From assembly GCF_964355755.1 (NCBI RefSeq), contig NC_092676.1, positions 25,996,871-26,060,870 of the forward strand: DNA of 64,000 bases, written 5' to 3'. The DNA comes from Antedon mediterranea. Its lineage: Eukaryota; Animalia; Echinodermata. The notes beneath the pieces were generated by a model. The model searched no databases and was not told the origin of the DNA. It saw nothing but the letters and a program-made list of their open reading frames with translations. The position numbers and the translations under genes were made by a program. Positions 13,101-26,400 of the stretch are shown piece by piece; the first letter of the stretch is position 1; each line of letters opens with the position of its first letter.

Positions 13101-16100
13101 GATGTAGCATATCGCTGGCTGGTCTGTTCATATCGCTTGCTGTTTACATGTATCTAGAGTAAGTTATCAGCATCCTCATCAATAATTATCAACAATCGCT
13201 CATCGTCATAAATCGTCATAATCAAAATTCTCAAGTTACCATCTCATCAACTGCATTATGCCTACTCGTCAAGTTTGTCATCCACTTCCTCGTGTTGACA
13301 TTGTTATCCTCCACTTTCACTATCCTCCTTTTCATACCGGACTCATCATTATCATGCCGAACTCATCATTATCATCATTGGCGAACTCATCATTATCATC
13401 ATTGCCGAACTCATCATCATCATGCCGAACTCATCATCATCCAGAACTCATCATTATCATTCAGAACTCATCATTATCATTCAGAACTCATCATTTTCAC
13501 ACCGAACTCATCATTATCATACCGAACTCATCATTATCATACCGAACTCATTGTTTTCACACCGAACTAATCATCATACCGAACTCATCATCATACCGAA
13601 CTCATCATCATACCGAACTCATCATTATCATACCGAACTCGTCATTATCATACCGAACTCATCATTATCGCACAGAACTCATCGCTATAATACCGAACTC
13701 ATCATTATCATACCGAATTCATCATTATCACACAGAACTCATCATTATCATACCGAACTCCTCATTATCATACCGAACTCATCATTATCACACAGAACTC
13801 ATCATTATAATACCGAACTCATCATTATCATACCGAACTCATCATTATTATACCGAACTCGTCAATATCATACCGAACTCGTCAATAATCATCATAATCT
13901 TAATTCAAAACCATATTAACATCATTTTTAAATTGCTTATAATGGCGTTGGCGACAGAGATGTGGAGTATTAGGATGTTATTTCATGACAACCTTATCAT
14001 TTTGTTATCATAAAATATGTTAAATAATTTCTATATTTTCAGAGATCTACGAAAATTAGAACGAAATTTAATCCACATTAATTTGATGGTCAGTTTGATT
14101 GTTGTACAACTTCTGTTCTTGCTGGGGATTGAACGTACAGAAAATGAGGTAATAAAACACAATTCCCATCATCTCGTTACTGACCTTTTACAAGACAAAA
14201 CTATGTTTCGGTAAACACTACTACACACGCACCGGATCATTTTAACTTAACCGAATATTTATAAGTTGCAAAAGATGCGATGTTATAGATATAAATAGAA
14301 TATTCTTCTGCTATTGCAAACATATAATACTTAACGATTTTGTATTCCGACTGTTAACTTACTTTGTTTTATGTGTGCAAATATTTGTTTTTTTGAATTT
14401 TGCATATTATAAATAATATATCGGTTGTTGACAACAGTTGATTACCCAGGACCATTAAAACATCGTATATTTGCAACTTAAATGTGTGTCGTTCCCAACG
14501 GCAGTTTTGATGCATTAACTTGATGATGATTACTTTTCGAAGCAAAAAAATCCAAAAAAATAAAATCATGTCATCTATAATCGGATGACAAAAAAAAAAC
14601 AGACAACAGAACGGCAATGGTTTTATCGCACGCAGACGATATGTATCTATCACGCAATGTGCCGTTTTTGTACAATTTAAGCTGAATTTATCATTCTAAG
14701 TTAAATGCATGTGGATGATCAGCCCTCGGGGAATCTGTTGAATAATACGAGGGATTATAAATGAATGAATGAATGTATCAGACGTCTCATTTATGAATAA
14801 TAATAACATGAATGGGCATCGTTGTCAACAACAAATCTATGTCAGTTTTTATACGTGAAAAACGGCAATAAACAAATATTACAGATAAAAGAGTCTTGTT
14901 AGTGATTGGTCTAATGTTGAGTGGGTCTTGTTAATGATTGGTCTAATGTTGAGCGGGTCTTGTTAATGATTGGTCTAATGTTGCGGGTCTTGTTAATGAT
15001 TGGTCTAATGTTGAGCGGGTCTTGTTAATGATTGGTCTAATGTTGAGCGGGTCTTGTTAATGATTGGTCTAATATTGATCGGGTCTTGTTAATGATTGGT
15101 CTAATGTTGCGGGTCTTGTTAATGATTGGTCTAATGTTGAGCGGGTCTTGTTAATGATTGGTGTAATGTTGAGCGGGTCTTGTTAATGATTGGTCTAATA
15201 TTGATCGGGTCTTTCTAAAGAATGATCTAAAATTGAGCGAGACTTGTTTAGATTGGTCTAAGGTTGAATAGATTCTAATGATTGGTTTAATTTGTTATTG
15301 TAACCAGGACTGGTGTACCGCTATCGCTATCTGCCTTCATTTCTTTTTGATGGCTGTTTTCTCCTGGATGTTGGTTGAAGGCATCTATCTGCACTTTAAG
15401 CTTCTCAGACGAACAGCGGTCAACAAGAGTAAACTTCCCTACTACATCTTGATTGGATGGGGTATACCTGTCATCACAGTAGCATTTACGGTAGGCTTTG
15501 CTCTTGATGGATACGGATCCGATAAAAGGTAAGGGCAATTCCGATTTCTTTGGTTCTAGTTAGTATCTAGGCACTATACAATGCCGTACCTTAATTATAC
15601 TACTAATATTTCTAATATCTTTAGAAGAAATGTCCGTTTAAATAAAGAAATTTTTCTAATAGTAACATTGCTTTGTTTCCTTGTTTCTCTCTTCCAGTTG
15701 CTGGTTAACAACGGTAGGCGGACACATATGGGCATTTGTTGGCCCAGCCTTAGCCATAATTTTGGTGAGTGATAATATATTTTCTAAAATTAAATGTAGC
15801 TTCGAAGACTGGATGAGATACCCTTTTATATATACGATGAAACTAAACCATCTCAAGACTCAAAGTACCTAAGTGTAAACTGTTTTTACTTTCTTTCTTT
15901 CTTTAGGTTAACATAATAACATTGTTTTTCGTCGTGAAGCTGATTTTCCAAAGATCATCTCGACGAAAAAACGAAAGCCAACATGCAGTGTAAGTACATA
16001 GTATTAAACCAAAAATGCTCGAGTCAAAGACCGCCCTCTATCATTTAATTTTTCTAAAATAGTATTTAATATCTTAGTTATTATACATTGATACTGTTAG

Positions 16101-19086
16101 TATTATTCTTACATGTTTGTAGTTTGAAATAATAACAAATAGAATGTACAATTGTTGATAACAATATATCTGGGTATTAGCAGAAGACAATGTCCAGTCT
16201 CGACTTGACGTAACTTTTTCACTTTGCCCGAACTCTTAATCTTTTATAATTTCCAGTATATATTTTTTATTTATGTAGGATATTTTAAGAAATTTGTTAT
16301 ACAATAATAAATTATAAGAATGATACTGTACCAAGTTGTTGATATTGTAACTTTGACAGTTATATTTTCTTCAGCTAAAGTTGTTTTCGTCAAATTAATA
16401 TCTTTTGTTGTTGTTTTACCAGGCAAAACAATTCACCTAATGTATCTTTTAAAGCAACAACGTAAGAATTCCGACAGATCATTAGGTTGCTATTCTCATT
16501 ATCATAATGTTATATACTATATTAAACCCATGCACATTGCTCTTTCAACTTCCGGTCCTTTTTGCAGTTACAAGCGGTTTTTTATACGTTATAGTCTGCT
16601 TAAGGTCAATCCCTGCATGCATTTGGTTCAACACAGTACTATTTTGGTTTTTTTTTCTCGTATTCAGTTTATCAACGGAAATATTTGATTAATCCTGTGT
16701 ATTTTTTTTTTGTGACAATGAACTTGTGTATTGATGTTTTGAAAAATCATATATGTTTTAAATGTTGTTTGCTATTTCGCCCACGTGGTTTGTGTTGATG
16801 GAAAGTCTGTGTGATTGACCGTATGCACTATTAAGACATACAACATTATCGTTTAACATCATATCAATATAGTCTTGGTTCTCTATTACATTGTAATGCA
16901 TTCGAAATCCATGGTGTTTTTTTTTTCCTTGTGAAAGTGGCATATTTATAAATATGACTGTGGACTACTTCTTCTTCATCGTCATTTCTACCATGGATAC
17001 TCTCCATATTTCTAACATTTAAGTTAATGAAAGTTATCATATAACTCATATTTATTTATATTTATGTTATTTATTTTATCTCATATATATAACAGAAAAT
17101 ATTGAACACGGTTCAATTTAGTGGTTTTCATTACATGGTGTTAATGGCATCTAGTAAAATCTTGGGAGAATAGTTACGTCACACTATTTCTCGGTTTCGA
17201 TTGGTTGAAATCATTTCTAAATTAAATATACGAAATTTTTGTAATTATTGGTTGAAATTATTTCTAAATTAAATATACGATCTTTTTGTAATTATTGGTT
17301 GAAATTATTTCTAAATTAAATATACGATCTTTTTGTAATTATTGGTTGAAATTATTTCTAAATTAAATGTATCTTATTTTATTGATAATCGAATATTATT
17401 CTTCGTTTATTGAAAATGTAAAACATATGAATGTTTGCTTTCTTGTATTTTTACAGAACAGCAGTTAAAGGAGCGTTTATTTTGCTACCAATTCTGGGAT
17501 TAACGTGGCTGTTTGGTATACTATCAGTGGATAGTAAAACTACTATGCTATTCCAATATTTATTTGTCATCTTCAATTCGCTACAAGGCCTGTCCATTTT
17601 CCTTGTCTACTGCGTTTTAAACACAGAGGTAATAACATAATTATTAAATTAAATCTTTGCTAAAATCCTTCATACTTGAAAAACGCATATTAGAGGAAGT
17701 GGAATGTTGGACCAGGAGAGAGTTACTTAACTCTTCCCTGGTTGCACATGATTTATCGGGGAAGTTATATGATATTAATGGTTATTGCCTAACTGAATTC
17801 CTGTTTCTTTTTTCTCTCTTGTCTTCTTCATCCTTTGATCTTTTAATACATGAGAATTAAAAAAATTGTCTACTTTTTTTCGTTATTTTCTGTATCGGTG
17901 TTGTATGTGTTATATCGGTCTTACTTTTATACACAATTGTTAATAGTCCTACTAATCTATAGTATAACTAATGATCAATATTATAGTAATATATTAGTCA
18001 TGATGACTCTCTTCTTTCTAATCTAAATTCTTACTTATTTGATTTTTGTTGTGATGTATAAGGTATTTATATTTGTCTTCAAGCTTAACTGGAAACTGAG
18101 GAAATGGTTTGTGGTGTTTCTCCTGCCACTATGTCTCACAATCGTTACCATATCTTAATTCTCTTTTGCCAAATAGGTGCAGAATGCATGGAAGCGTCAG
18201 AGGGACCGAAAGAAACGAACGAGTCTGATGACCAGTTTGTCTAAAGAGGTAATACTAAGAGTATCCCAACGAAGAATGTTAATTGTACATTATTCAAAGG
18301 TCAGTGTCGGTTGCATATGGCCTGGCACGAAGCATGGTACGACTTGTCCACGTTGATGTCCGATGGTCAGAGCATCTGGTAGGACGTGGTAAAACAGATT
18401 GGTACTCATGCAAAGACTTAAATGTTGCATCAAGCATGTTGACATTATTAGTGAAAGACAGGCAGAAACTTAGATTGGCACGTATGAACAATGATGGAAG
18501 TTAATCTTAGGGGGAAAGTTCTTGGATACTACCAGATACGCTAGCTAATTCCCATGAATTTTCCAATATCTTACCTGTGCCGAGAATATCTATCAGTGGC
18601 AACGCATCCTACCATTTTGTAGGCACAGTTCTTTTTTTCAGCTAGAATATCGGGGGAATTGCATCAAATCCTCCTACATTATTCATTTGTTATTGCATGT
18701 CTCATGCTTGTTGTTGAAAATATAGACTGTATGAGAAATGGAATTGTGGTAAAGAAAGCATTGAAATATTATTATTTGTCTGAATTGTTTGTTAAATGAC
18801 ATTAAATTCAACAAAGTAAGATAAGTTCAAACATGGTAGTTAGATGTTCCGTCATGGGTAACGTAATTGAACTAAGCGCACAACGTTTTCAATACGCATT
18901 TAAAAGTACTAAACATGATACATATCGGAAAAAACATTTGTTTTCGACGTCAGGTGAAGTCGAAAATAAAAAGTAAAATGTTTGTCCTCCTTTTTTCAGA
19001 TGAAGAAAGGAAGCAGGTCAACAAGTAGCACGACTGGACAAAGTGCTCCCTTGAAACAAATGGATTCATCAAAAGAGTTTGTTTGA
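1133..19086 (+). CDS. Adhesion G protein-coupled receptor (GAIN/GPS + 7TM family 2; ADGRD1/latrophilin-like), 5'-partial, multi-exon
   Basis: Phase-consistent exons: 1133-1232, 4007-4138, 4738-4798, 5701-5815, 11367-11434 (VCAFWN), 12319-12445 (WSTDGC...CFCSHT|TNFAVLMQV GPS/Stachel), 13055-13158 (TM1 IGCSIS), 14043-14148 (IHINL), 15308-15528 (LHFFLMAVFSWMLVEG, GWGIP), 15698-15764 (CWL..WAFVGP), 15907-15989, 17457-17628 (LPILGLTW, FNSLQG), 18177-18248, and a probable last exon 19000-19086 (ends SKEFV*; less certain). Upstream exons lie outside the window. Confidence 0.93.
1330..1486. mobile_element. MITE family A (TIR AGCTCTGTCTACACTATCAAAC), probable PIF/Harbinger type
   Basis: About 155 bp with terminal inverted repeats. 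Related copies at about 2395-2605, 36533-36690, 36853-37009, 40698-40856, 41556-41615 (partial), 55565-55703, 59368-59512 and 60664-60791. Confidence 0.8.
3482..3767. mobile_element. Nested MITE family B copies (TIR AGC[T/G]TGGTTCCCACTAG), PIF/Harbinger-like
   Basis: Outer copy 3482-3767 is flanked by TTA...TTA; inner copy 3528-3697 is flanked by TAA...TAA. Both sit inside an older MITE-like repeat (about 3290-3780). Confidence 0.85.
4250..4480 (-). mobile_element. tRNA-derived SINE with Deu/Nin-like central domain
   Basis: The reverse strand reads an A-box TGGCCGAGCGG, then GGATAAGGACTATAAA..GCACTTTAAAGAAC..GAGTAGGAGGTTACCCCGGTG. A homologous copy lies at 56470-56715. Confidence 0.72.
5055..5594. 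mobile_element. Three stacked MITE family B copies
   Basis: Copies 5055-5261, 5265-5421 and 5425-5594, each separated and flanked by TAA. Confidence 0.85.
6317..6476. mobile_element. MITE family B copy
   Basis: AGCGTGGTTCCCAC...TAGTGGCAACCAAGCT termini; flanked by a 41-bp direct repeat. Confidence 0.85.
7183..7353. repeat. Minisatellite, ~42-43 bp unit x4
   Basis: Unit ACAGTGTGATACACATATCACATGTGTCCACTGTTATAGGCC(T). Confidence 0.9.
8057..8520. repeat. GC-rich minisatellite, ~58 bp unit x8
   Basis: Unit core GCTTCGTGCTCCCCGGCCCTAAGGGTCACGTCATGTCAGTGCTG with a slightly variable tail. Confidence 0.92.
9712..9999. repeat. Polypyrimidine (CT-rich) low-complexity tract
   Basis: About 290 bp almost free of G on the + strand. 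Confidence 0.85.
11620..12062. repeat. Minisatellite, ~53 bp unit with internal subrepeats
   Basis: Repeated AACCTTATTTTTAAAGATAAGCCTATTATTTTTAGAGGACGAGTCC, degenerate at both ends. Confidence 0.88.
12763..12888. repeat. 24-bp tandem repeat x5
   Basis: Unit GTGTCCACTATGTACCCAAATGAA. Confidence 0.92.
13334..13885. repeat. 20-bp minisatellite (~27 copies)
   Basis: Unit TACCGAACTCATCATTATCA. It generates the repetitive ORFs seen in three frames. Confidence 0.93.
14891..15270. repeat. 32-bp minisatellite (~11 copies)
   Basis: Unit GGGTCTTGTTAATGATTGGTCTAATGTTGAGC; ends just before the TM3 exon acceptor. Confidence 0.92.
17200..17368. repeat. 47-bp tandem repeat x3.5
   Basis: Unit TTGGTTGAAATTATTTCTAAATTAAATATACGATCTTTTTGTAATTA. 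Confidence 0.88.
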
Positions 19087-20550
19087 AAGGAAAAACATAC
19101 GTTTTATTAATGCAATCTTTGAAAAAACAAGACCTGTGCAAGTTCCAAGATTCTTAATTTGGAAGAAGAGGTGTAAAGAAAGTTAACAAGGAATCATTCC
19201 AATAAAAAGGAAAGCATATTATAATGTATAGTAAAAACACAATCCCATCGTGGGAACTAATAAACATTTTGGTCTATTGTTAAACTAAATATCATTATGT
19301 AAATATGTATTATATTATGATTGTTATTATATTCAGCTGATGTTAAAGTTTTGTTGGCCTGATTGTACTTAGAAAAGTACAAACCAAATCTGAATTCTGC
19401 TCGTAGGTATAATTAACCAAAACTAACAATCCCAACATTTTTCTGTATGTTGTTGTTTTTTGTATGTTTTAACATTATTCCGATACGATAAAGCGGAATT
19501 CCGGAAAGGTCTATTCAGAATTCCAATTTTTAAAGTTATTAGCTGAACGAAGGCTTTGTAATTAGTAGGCCTAACCAACTGTATAAACTGATCGCATATA
19601 AAATCTCATTTAAAATATATTAAAAAGTATTTATTATATCTGTTCACCAATTCCGTTAGGACGGCTTTGTTTTACCCGTTTACTCAGATGTCTACCTTAT
19701 TTCTGGTTCGCATGATTCACGAAGTTACGCGCCTGGCGTCACAAGAACGCGTATTTAGCGTGCCGGGTAAGATTAAAGCAATAGTAGGGCTAAATGATGT
19801 ATTTGCCATCTAGATACGTTTGCTGCGTTGAACACGATGATGAATATTTATGCCGTGTTTGACAGGGCACAGTTGCAATTTGCAGTCTATACAATAACTA
19901 TGTAATTGTGTATTATTAGTTTTATATGTAAATAAACAGGTTTAGAATTTAGACACATAATATTTCATATAAATGCGAGATTTTTATTGTCCACTTGCTT
20001 TGTTAATTAAGTAAACTGAAATATTTAGGAGTAGCAATTAAACAAATAATAAAATAGTTATTAACGATAACAAAATATAACACACAATATAATCATTCGC
20101 ATTGAACAGGTGTCATATTGGCTCATTGATATTCACCTTATTCTATATTTGATTTGAACAATCACTAAACAGAAGATAGTTTAGTAATTAGTATGTGTAT
20201 TTTGTGTAATTTACATAATATAAATATCAAAGATATTTTAAAATGGACTTAGTTGTATAAATATCTTTTTTTTTGTATGCTAGTTTATTTTATTAGTAAT
20301 GTATGACCTCATTATTTATACTGTTATTAATAAGATATAAATAAATAGAAAATTAATTACTCTGTATCGTAATTGTATTTTACTGACGTCCAGCATGACA
20401 CTGAACGCTATAGTAAATCTACATTTAGATTAAATCGCGGCACAAAACATTTGTCGCACGATAAAGCACCTAAAAAAACACCTAAATTTTCCATTTTCTT
20501 TCAGTGAATAATGCAAGATAAAGTCTATAGTTTCACACCTCGTTACGAAA

Positions 20551-23220
20551 TTATTGTCTAGCTAATTCTAAAGATTTTCTTGCCATCGTAAGTGCACCGT
20601 CCCTTGTTTCATTCCCACCAATAAACCCAGACGCATGGACAAATATACAGCCTGGGATACCAGATAAGTTAGATAGCTCCTCATCTCGGACTCCTCTCCA
20701 CTTTTCAGGTAATGAGAGTCTAATAGAAAAAGCAACAGTTAGTACAGTCAATCATGTCTTTTCTTTTTTTGGTTTACGATAGTTAAAAAACAAAAATTTT
20801 CCGAATTTGGAAATTTTCTTTTCCATGATTACCTATTGTCAAATGATGTACTAGATATAGAAACACACTGTACACGATATTTGCCGTTCTGGTCAGTATA
20901 GAGGGCGTACTTGATGGGTGTTTCTATTTTCATCGTCTCCTCCAATGCATACAGATGTTCTTTCCAAGGACATCCACCTTGTGTGAACTCTATGACCTCA
21001 CCGCTGGGGTCAACCTGAAAATTAAAAATACAATTTGTAATATACCCGAGGCTTAGAAACGACACTATTTCAGTGCAAATGGCCAAGTTGCTATTTCCTT
21101 ACATTAAATCTATTTTTCAATGCTGCTTCAACAATTTCCCTTGCAGGCCACCAGCAATCATTGTAGTACTTGATACGATCAATGAACTCTGACCCGGTCA
21201 CTTCCATAGCACTTTGAAATCTAGGCTAATTGATTAAAAAAAAAGAAAGAGTAAATAGAACATAGCAAAATAAAATTGTAGTAAGTTTCTTGAATTTGAA
21301 ATGTTCAACTAACTTCAATATTTTGGTCTTTGCCGTTCCAACTTGGATTTAGATGCTTTACCCTTGAACTCAAACCAGTCGAAATTATATATCTAATAAT
21401 AAATATGCATTAATAAAAGAAAAATAATTTACTTTAATTACATGATGGATAAACCATTTAATAATTTATCGTGCTTATAAACTCATTTGAGGCTTAGGGA
21501 GTTGAAAGAGTAGTGAGTTACAACCCTGCACTTTGTCAGGATTGAACCCCAGATTTTGGGATTGGAAGGCATCATGTTAACCACCAAGCTACAGCTCCAC
21601 TACTGAATACTGTACTACTTAAAAATTTAAGTCCCAAACTTACTTAGGGTCTTTACAGGCTGATATACCATTATCAATAGCATCAATCTCTTCCATAAAG
21701 TTTTCATAAACTTTATCAAATATGGCACCAATTTTATCATCGTCTTTACCGATGCCAAGTATCTCTGCGATGACATCCTCCCCAAAGTGGCAGTAAACCA
21801 GGCCGGCACTGCTCAGTTTTGTCGCCCATGGTTTATTTGGTCGGACAGTGTTCATACAGGAGGTGAACGTTCTATTACAAACATTTTATTTTAAACGGAT
21901 TTATCAAACTACTTGACTGTCTTTATATTTAACTTTACAAACAGGAAGTGAAAATGATTACACAATTAATTTCTTGGAAAAAAATGCAAAATACAGTAAC
22001 TATTTATCATCTTGGCACAATCAAAATAACATAATCTGATTGTAAATTTATCCAAGTCTAATCCAAGCTTAATAAGTAATCCTTATCTAAAACAATATTG
22101 AATAAATTATCATATACCAAATATTTAAATCTTCCTAGGTCATTGAACTAGGTCATTCAATATCAGTTTGACAAGCAGTGGCATAATGCAGAGGTCTCAG
22201 GCCACTGGTTTACGAGCCCCAAGTGGCCCACCAATGCTGGAGGCCTGGGGCTTTTTTTAGCCTTTTTCAACATATTTTAATGCCTGTTTTTCCTCTTGGC
22301 ACTGCTCAGGGGTTTAGTGAGCACTCATAGCCGTTACGCAACTGTTACGCTTTTCATCATCATCATCGTATTTATTGACCGCGTGCAATGCATTTACCTC
22401 TGGTGATGGTCGTATCTGTGCTTTGATGGGTCATACACACCACCAACATCAACAACTATATCGCACTCATCCAAAACAACTTTATCTCGAGTTCTGACAA
22501 TTTCTGAAAATGAAATATAAACATTTTATTTTTAGAAAAAATAAGCTTCAAAAAGCGCCTGCAGCTTAGTACAGTTATATGGTGCTCTTTTTTGACATAG
22601 TAAATCTTGGTAAGTACTCCATAAGGAATTGATAACCCTACAACCAAGCATAACCCCATAACACTCCACTGTATTATTACCAGCATCTTTATACTGCGGC
22701 AGTTGTTTTAACATGAAACAAGCCAATACTTCGTCGCAGTGGAACGTTCCACTATGGGTACCAATTTTCTTTGGTTGGCATACTTTCTTGGCAGAATTAT
22801 TCATGGCTAAGTATCTGCAGCTCTGAGGAGTCTTGGTAAGCGTATCTGAAAAAATTAATATATACAGTAGTTTAAAGAAAAACAGATAAAATCAAATATC
22901 ATATAAATATATTAATGCTTTTAATGACATGATTAGTGTGACCGTGACCATCACAAGTTTAGGTTAACTAAGTGGCCACCTTTTTATTATAGAGGGCCTA
23001 CTCTTACTACTCTGATTCCTGGTACTAACTCCAGGCCTAGGCTAGGCCGGGCCTAGCTAGCCCAGCTACGGCAATAAGGCCTAGGCCTAGCTAGTTTCTA
23101 GGCCTAAAACAATGTTTTATTATTAATTTTGAGTTATTATAATATTACATTATCACCTCCTGTAATTAACAGCAAGTTTGATCGAATAAAAGGAATAATG
23201 CCTCGGCAGTAATTCTGCAT
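20551..23220 (-). CDS. MYG1: MYG1 exonuclease (UPF0160 family), 8 exons
   Basis: Exons 23220-23157, 22845-22681 ([16 protein letters not shown]), 22503-22398 ([21 protein letters not shown]), 21871-21644 ([21 protein letters not shown]), 21392-21314 ([13 protein letters not shown]), 21225-21103, 21014-20833 (GGCPWKEHL), 20719-20551 ([20 protein letters not shown]). All junctions are GT-AG and in phase. Confidence 0.96.
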
Positions 23221-23477
23221 AAAACTTGCTTATTGAACAATTTGACATGTGGATTTAATTTAACAAAAAGTAGTCTGGCGCGTATTTCATAAATAAATCT
23301 GTATTATAAATTAAATATTTTACGTTTTTTTTAATATCTACTTATAAAACTGGCAAAAATAACTTAACAATCTTGTTATTTATTTTTTTTAAACTTAAAA
23401 ATGGTTATACAAATTTCATAGAGAATATAATTTCCAGTTTTTTATATAAATTGTATTAATCTAATTTGCATAAAAAC
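23221..23477. promoter_or_regulatory. Putative bidirectional promoter shared by MYG1 and LAS1L
   Basis: Only 257 bp separate the divergent start codons (23220 on -, 23478 on +). An octamer ATTTGCAT lies at 23464-23471, just before AACATGGC at the LAS1L start. Confidence 0.7.
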
Positions 23478-26400
23478 ATGGCAGCCTACATGAGTAAAAA
23501 TGCTGGAAAAAGAACTCGAGTTGTTGCCTGGTTAAATCAAGAAGAATGGCAGTTTGTCTATGATAATTTTTATAGTGAAGATTGTGCATTACAGAAAAAG
23601 GCGTTAGATCGATTTTCTGTTTGGAAAAGTAGGTAGGTATAGTAACTTTACGTTCTACCTAGCTAGGCCTAACTAGGCTACGCCTACCTAGTAGGTTAGG
23701 TAGCTAGGCCTCTAGCAGGCTACTACTAGTACTACTACCTAGCTAGCAGGCAGCCGGCTACGCGTTACACCTACCGCTCTACTGTAGTTCCAGCTAGCTA
23801 CTGCACGGTGGTAATACTAAATGTACGCCCGGTAGGGTTTTATGAAACAAAATGATATCAAGTACAGTATGAAAACCCCCTTATATAATAAATGAGTCGA
23901 CACAAGGTGTGACCCGAGGTCACGTGCGTTACTGACCAGTAGTGCCGTAGCGGCCTCTTTGAACGCATGGCATTTAGACGGAACGGACGTAAATCGTGAC
24001 TAGGCCTAAGCCCATCCTGTATCAGTATCAGCCATTACGCACGTTCCCTGGTGTTTGATATACACTAGCCTATAACCAGCAGGGTTTCCTGTGTAAGCTT
24101 CCCAGCCTAGACTGAGCGGTATATAAGCCAGTTCTACGGTAATATTGGTGGAACAACAGGTATTCACTGTGATTGAATAGGTTATAGGCTAGGCCTATAT
24201 ATAATATAGTTTAAGCCTCATTGCTACTATTACGAGGTACGAGCCAAAAGGGGTCAAGCTCAACCCCACTAGCCTAGGCTAGCCTAGCTAGTACTAAGGG
24301 ACTGCTCACCGGGTAGCTATACGCACACAGCAACGGAATTAAGGGATACGTTTTAGTCCTCCTAGACTGGCCTGTGTGTTTATCACTACCAGCAGCCACA
24401 CATCAGAGTGGACTACTCGTACACTTCTGTGTATATAATAGTAATACTACATCCTGGCTACGGCATATGACCGGTTGGGCCGCCGACAAGTTGAGCCGCC
24501 GGTAATTTCTATGAAACGCCCAGCGCGTCTTTTACGACATTTCGCGTAGTGATTAGAGCGGTGTCCTAGTACAAGTTCTTGGTCTTTATGTGTATTGTGT
24601 CATGAAAATAAATAATATATAATTACATACTACAATGTTGGTTTGAACCACCATAAACAACACAGCAAAGGAAAGTAGGCCTAATCTTTCAAGGTAAAAA
24701 TGCCGTGCACTCTATATTTGTCTGGCGTGGACGTGTAGGCCTACCCAAAAGACTAATAGAGTATTGATATTCTTAAAATGATGTTAAATAATTAATATCT
24801 TTTATTTACTATCTTGTAATATCATATTTTATTGAATTTTACAATTTTAATACACAAAATATTTTCCTAAAAAACGGTGATTTTATGTAATTATTTAACC
24901 TGAGGGGGCAACATGTTTACGTCATTTTTGGCTAAAAACGATCATTTTCGGTGATGTTTTAGGTCTTTTATTTTGGAATCTACAAGTACAAGTCAGATTT
25001 TCATATTATAGTTCTTTAAAGTGTAATATTTAATACTATACTAAAAAGTGTGATATATAAACTTCGTTATCCCTAATGAAAATAGAACTTCTATTAAATA
25101 AAAAACGAGCACCGGCGAAAGTTAGCATTTGGCGTTTCATAGAAAATAACGTTTTTCTGGCGGCGGCTCAACTTGTCGGCGGCTCAACTTGGCCTAATCC
25201 CTGGCTACCAGGGAGCAAGAGACCAGTCCCGCCTAAAAGGTAAGCTAGTACGCCTTGTGTAATAATTGTAGTAGCTTCGCACTCTCGGCCGTTTTACAAC
25301 AGTACATGTTATTATTAACATACTCTAGGCCTAGGCCTTAGTGGTAAATTTAACTGTATATTTTTCTTTGCAGAAACAAGTGCAGACAAATATTATAAAC
25401 AACAAAACATTATTTCAGTTTTTTTTAGTTTTCAGTTGTTTTTTAAATGCATAAAACATACAATTAAATATCACAATTTTTTTACTATTCTATAGAGTCA
25501 CCACTAAAATGCCATTATCAATAGCATGCACTGCAAATTTAGTGGAGGCTTGTGTGTTTGAGAAGAAAGGTGGGAGCGTGGAAAGCATTCGACTTGCTTA
25601 TGCAATGTCTTTGATAAGGTTTGTCAGGTTTTCTGCAGTCTGCAATAAAAGGGAAAGAACTCTGTTTAACATCTCATACATGCCAACACTCCCATTTTCA
25701 TGCTTTCACATTTTCTCCCGAATTACAAAGATAACTGAATTTTGATGTGTGTGTGTTGTTTTCTGCATTAAAATTTAAAAAAATATGGTAGAGATATGAC
25801 ATGGTGACATTTTTTTGTCACAAAAAGTTTTACACACAACCAAATTTATGATATTTAATCCATTGTACGACCATCTGCAGTCATAATTTTTTTATTTCTT
25901 TTCTTCCAAACCGAAAGATTCCCCATACATACTGTGAACGCCACGCAATACTGCTTGTCACGTCACACACCAAACTCCTTACCTCTCCTGATTTCCATAA
26001 TAAATAGAGGGTGCTGTTGACCTATAAAAAACACCACCACCTGTTTTTTTAACTTCAGATGTTAGCATATATGACATCTTAATTACTCATTGTGATACTG
26101 GAAGAATATGGGAACCCTTGATAATTATTTGCATCCAAAGCATTGTAAAATAATTATTTATGTATTTTTTTCTATAGATTTGTAAACATGATGACAGATC
26201 GTTACCAAAACAAGTTCTTTGCTCAGCCTATTCATGTGATTGCACAAGAAGTGAGAACCATTAAAGATTTACATAGTAATGAAAAAAAAACAATAACACT
26301 CTACAGCTATATAATAATATTATACAATTATATTTTATACCTACCAACATTTAGTGAGACGTTAAATTCAAATTGTATATAGGGCCCTCTATGTAATTTC

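Noticed and set aside
13258-14013. 251-aa and overlapping His/Ile/Ser-rich ORFs
   Set aside because: Products of a 20-bp minisatellite inside a GPCR intron; open in several frames, with no protein features.
18283-18720. Relatively GC-balanced intronic stretch with short ORFs on both strands
   Set aside because: No recognisable motif or phase-compatible splice sites; possibly a decayed TE.
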